Assembly: GCA_030390025.1 (NCBI GenBank) | Contig: CM059432.1 | Location: 33,172,001 to 33,236,000, forward strand | Length of the DNA: 64,000 nt | Direction: 5' to 3' | Origin: Squalus acanthias | Taxonomy: Eukaryota | In this document: positions 63,657 through 64,000 of the stretch, one piece after another | Layout: each line of letters begins with the position of its first letter | Position numbering within the stretch: the stretch's first letter is position 1 | The notes under the pieces: model-generated | What the model was told of the DNA's origin: nothing | Seen by the model: the letters and a program-made list of their open reading frames with translations, nothing else | Database searches by the model: none | Program-made: the position numbers and the translations under genes

Positions 63657-64000
63657 CTCTTGGGAAGTCCAGCTGACTCATTTTTCAAGTTTTTGATGTT
63701 GAGAGAGACGGACAAATTTCCTGTCTGCACTTTGACATTAAAAACTTACAGTAGTTCAGAGCCACCAGTCAGCACAGCGCTGTGCACATGTGTAAGTAAA
63801 CACAAGTAGCACTCTTGTTGTTCCTGGTCAGAGAGTGATGAGTTGGCAGTGTTGTTTGGATCTGCTGACCAAGTGTTGCCCTGAGTAGGTTTCAGTCTCA
63901 AACCGGTATCTATAATATAAATGCATTGTTAGCCTGGTGTAATTCCGTGTTCTTCATAACCTGTACACGTAGGGCTAAATGTTGCAACAATAAAATCTGA

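Overview
Eukaryotic, repeat-dense genomic DNA, most likely from a cartilaginous fish (shark-type Deu-domain SINEs, a V-SINE and HER1-like CR1 LINEs). The only host gene I can support is a + strand ALS2 C-terminal-like gene (ALS2CL). Five GT-AG coding exons at 48571-60685 join in frame into a DH-like N-terminus, the gene runs off the right edge, and a tentative non-coding first exon ends at 6361. Most of the rest is nested transposon debris: many CR1 and L2 LINEs, a young RTE LINE, three Penelope-like insertions with TSDs and minimal hammerhead-ribozyme motifs, several PIF/Harbinger elements (HARBI1-like transposase and/or Myb/SANT partner gene), a hAT transposase relic, three related antisense LTRs and several MITEs. 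The most unusual items are a compound Harbinger with one left and two right ends inside a single CR1 site, a 77-bp perfect inverted-repeat Penelope derivative, and an orphan sense-strand Harbinger Myb exon phase-compatible with ALS2CL. Family and gene assignments rest on my recall of motifs, not on database searches. I see no clearly new biological system.
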